From positions 76,474,758 through 76,538,434 of the forward strand of contig NC_068984.1 of assembly GCF_001194135.2 (NCBI RefSeq): 63,677 bases of DNA. Reading direction: 5' to 3'. Made by a program: the position numbers and the translations under genes. The DNA is from Octopus bimaculoides. Its lineage: Eukaryota. Position 1 is the stretch's first letter, and every line of letters starts with the position of its first letter. The notes under the pieces were generated by a model. It was not told the origin of the DNA. It did no database searches and was given only the letters and a program-made list of their open reading frames with translations. Positions 60,142-63,677 of this stretch are shown here, piece by piece.

Positions 60142-63100
60142 CTGGAATGATAATAACAACAATAATACGCATGAATTATTAAATTGGATGCGAAAATAAT
60201 TTCAGTCTACAAAAACGTAATGATATTTTATAAAACAAACTGTAGAAAATGTGATCTATGAAGACTAGATGTGTGCGGTGTTTGAGGATTTTATGAAAGC
60301 CATTAATAATATAAAGGAATAGGTATTGAAAGTTTGATACAATTTAGGCTCAACGGAACATCGTTGCTACTTTGCAGTGCTTTTCTATTCTACAAAATAA
60401 TAGTGACACAAAGAGATAATGGCAGCGCGTTGTTGCTGCGTTATCCTTGGCCATTTCTATCACATCGTTTGGGTGTGAGTCTAATTCTATCCTTTTGTTT
60501 AACATTACCCTCTGGCTCTTGGAAGCGCCCAGTCTGTTGCAAATATTCGGGCAAGGTCTCCGGTAAGAAGAAGTATTAACGAAGAAACCTCAATGAGGAA
60601 TATTTAAAATGTTTCAGAGAATCAAAGAATACCACAATTGTTACATTGTAGATATAGCTGACATGTCCTAATATACTCCGAATGAATTAAAAATTTATAT
60701 TATCTTTTAGATTCCGAATATATTTAAATAATACTGTATCGAATAATCCTTCAGGATTTCCAAAAGAATACTCACGCTGATTATATTTTAATTAGAAAGG
60801 ATTTTCAATCAAACTAATATAATCTTTAGAAACTGAAGCATCCATTGAATGCTTTCGCGCAAGGTATTGGAAAGATAATTTTTTAAGGGGCATTTTTCCA
60901 ATTGCACAAATATGAAAGATTAACTGCAGAAAACGGTCTAAGGGTTTTAGGATTAAAATTTACAATTTTGTACTAAAATTGTGTGTACAACTTAAACTTA
61001 GTTTGATATTATTATTTTTAAGAATCTTACGATATCTGTCAGTTTAAAGAAAATGATATTATATTACATAAAAGAAATTTCAGGCGATATTTGTATATTG
61101 GTACATTGAAAGTGCGCGGGATCCATTCTAATGTATGTGATAATATTTCTTATGGTTTTGATATGAAACTCTACTGTACCATCCGGTACATGAATCTCTA
61201 CTGTACCTCCATGTTCTTGAAGTGCTACACCATCGTCTTTTGAAATTAGAGAATTGTATTTGTATGCTACATCATTTTTTCTTTGCTGTAGGACTTGTGT
61301 TATTTCTGGTGACATTTTAGTATTTCTTCTGTTGTGTAGATTATGTGGTATCTTTGCTCCTGTACAGACTGTGTGCAATGTATTATGTGTCTTAGTGTTG
61401 GGTAGTGATAGTGTAGAGTATATTGCGTGTTATATTATTGGGAGTCAACTGCGTAGCGTGTGTATTGTGCATTAATTATATAAAACCAGTATTGTGCTGG
61501 ATCACTGGGTGGTAATTATAGACTAGGTGTTGTGAGTAGATAGTGCACTGTTTGAGTTGTGCTATTGAAGTGAAAGTGTCTTGTGTAGGGTTTGTGTTGT
61601 GTCGAGCAGCGATATTTTCTGGGCTGTGTGAAAATTACCCTTGTATTGATTTTATGTTTTAGTTCATGATGTTTTCTTATACCCAGCTCTCCAATTATTG
61701 CAGTTACTGTTTTCTATTTTATGCTCCGCATCCTGTTTACTTTGATTTCAAGAGCCCTGTGCTTTAATACCTTCTCCATTCGCACCCGTGTGATATGTTG
61801 GTTAAAAAGGTGAAGATGTCTATCAGTATACATACATTTTCGTACTGTACTTGATAATGATATGGGTACGGTTTTCTTTGATCTCTGTATAAGCTTTATT
61901 AGCTATGACTCTGTTGACTATGGATAGGTCTTTACCTTGTACTGTGTTAATATCTTTTCTGATATATATATATACACATATAGTTTGAATGAGTGCTCAA
62001 AACCACATTGGTGGATAAAAATTTTTTATTTGTGAGTTAACAAGGCAACCAATAGTTTTATGTGAAGAGATTTTCACAATTTTTCAAGCGTGCCACATGG
62101 ACGTGTTGGTACTCATCTCCATTTCGGATGACAATACATATATTGTAATTATTTGTGCCTAGGTATTGGTCCTGTTTAGGTAAAATACATCCTTCTGCTT
62201 TTGCTTTTAACTCAAAATAACCTTTTGACCTATAGTTGGCTTTTACTCAAGCTTACTTCTCTGTCGCGTATTGCAGAAGTGTTGACCAGCCACGGAGTTG
62301 TTTCTCATTCCCCACTTTCTTTTGAATATCTTCGAATCCCAATTTGTCTTTTTCTTTAGCAATCCTCCTCCTCCTCCTCCCCNNNNNNNNNNNNNNNNNN
62401 NNNNNNNNNNNNNNNNNNNNNNNNNNNNNNNNNNNNNNNNNNNNNNNNNNNNNNNNNNNNNNNNNNNNNNNNNNNNNNNNNNNNNNNNNNNNNNNNNNNN
62501 NNNNNNNNNNNNNNNNNNNNNNNNNNNNNNNNNNNNNNNNNNNNNNNNNNNNNNNNNNNNNNNNNNNNNNNNNNNNNNNNNNNNNNNNNNNNNNNNNNNN
62601 NNNNNNNNNNNNNNNNNNNNNNNNNNNNNNNNNNNNNNNNNNNNNNNNNNNNNNNNNNNNNNNNNNNNNNNNNNNNNNNNNNNNNNNNNNNNNNNNNNNN
62701 NNNNNNNNNNNNNNNNNNNNNNNNNNNNNNNNNNNNNNNNNNNNNNNNNNNNNNNNNNNNNNNNNNNNNNNNNNNNNNNNNNNNNNNNNNNNNNNNNNNN
62801 NNNNNNNNNNNNNNNNNNNNNNNNNNNNNNNNNNNNNNNNNNNNNNNNNNNNNNNNNNNNNNNNNNNNNNNNNNNNNNNNNNNNNNNNNNNNNNNNNNNN
62901 NNNNNNNNNNNNNNNNNNNNNNNNNCCTCCCCCTCCCCTCCTCCTCTGCCTCCGCCTCCTCCTTAATAGCAGCTGCAGCATTAATGTTAACACTTCAATT
63001 AAACAATATCGTGCAAGTTTAATCATGCAATTTTTATTATGATGTTTGTAATTCCAAGTGAAGTAGACTTCTTGAAGAACATTTATGGCCCATCATTAGA

Positions 63101-63677
63101 AATACTTCCTTCTAAATACCGTGAGAATTTCATAGCTCAAGCAAATTACGTATGCTGTGGATCGAGTGTCAGACCGCTGGGTGAACGAATGGTCACTGTT
63201 TGGCATATCATTTCTGGCACTGAACTGTGACCATGGAACAAAGCATGTATATAATTCTTGCCACCTCAGTACATGTGGATCTAGACATTGGATAGGAACC
63301 ACAATCAAAAGGAATTCCAATCAAAAGTAAAAAAAACCAACAAAAAAAAACAAAAACAAAAACAATTTATGGTCATGGCTGCAATGTCTTTGATCAAAAA
63401 TTTATGTTGGGCTAAACAACAACAATAACAACAACAACAATGACGACGATGACGACGGTCCAGTTGTAAATTAAATCTACCTAGCCTCTTACAACTAGGT
63501 TGTTGTTGATGTTGTTTAGCCCAAGGTTATGAGAATGAACACTCTTATGCTTAAAAGCACTACATCTGTAACTAATCCAATTTATGTCAGGGCCATAAGA
63601 AATGACCTTACACGCAAAAGCTCACTACTGACTGTATGTCTCGCATATATATGCATATATATATATATATATATATA

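Noticed and set aside
60474-60600. GC-richer minus-strand stretch ending AGG|GTAATG, considered as the GPCR TM6 exon
   Set aside because: No frame gives a TM6 helix ending in SxQ
61064-61378. 104-aa minus-strand ORF with a short internal repeat (GGTVEIH/DGTVEFH)
   Set aside because: No recognisable domain or splice support; probably decayed repeat sequence
62258-62380. Minus-strand open stretch (…EKQLRGWSTLLQYATE) with a GTAAGC donor beside a gap
   Set aside because: No clear TM or GPCR motif, the acceptor is lost in Ns and its phase 2 end does not join the phase 0 TM7 exon

Overview
AT-rich, microsatellite- and SINE-dense animal genomic DNA with five N gaps. The repeat families resemble those of octopus; this assignment is inference, not a database result. 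The main gene is a complete + strand CSDE1/UNR ortholog assembled by hand from 17 GT-AG coding exons (ATG 2757, TAA 38491-38493; 2454 nt, 817 aa). It has five canonical cold-shock domains, four non-canonical CSD-like spacers and a C-terminal SUZ-C motif. Its first exon and promoter probably lie upstream of the window. On the - strand, six small phase-compatible exons (60141 to 54696) encode TM7, helix 8 and the C-tail of a family B (secretin/adhesion-like) GPCR converging on CSDE1; the ORF track misses almost all of it. The rest is decayed RTE, CR1 and Tx1 LINEs, three Tc1/mariner relics and several tRNA-derived SINE families. The most interesting unexplained signals suggest RNA-level control of CSDE1: a 57-nt in-frame cassette exon inside the second canonical CSD, two PTC-bearing candidate exons, a strong alternative last-exon acceptor that would remove SUZ-C, a 62-bp G:U-biased hairpin 3.5 kb after the stop, and a structured CpG-rich island before exon 16. 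All are sequence-based predictions that need RNA-seq and cross-species alignment.
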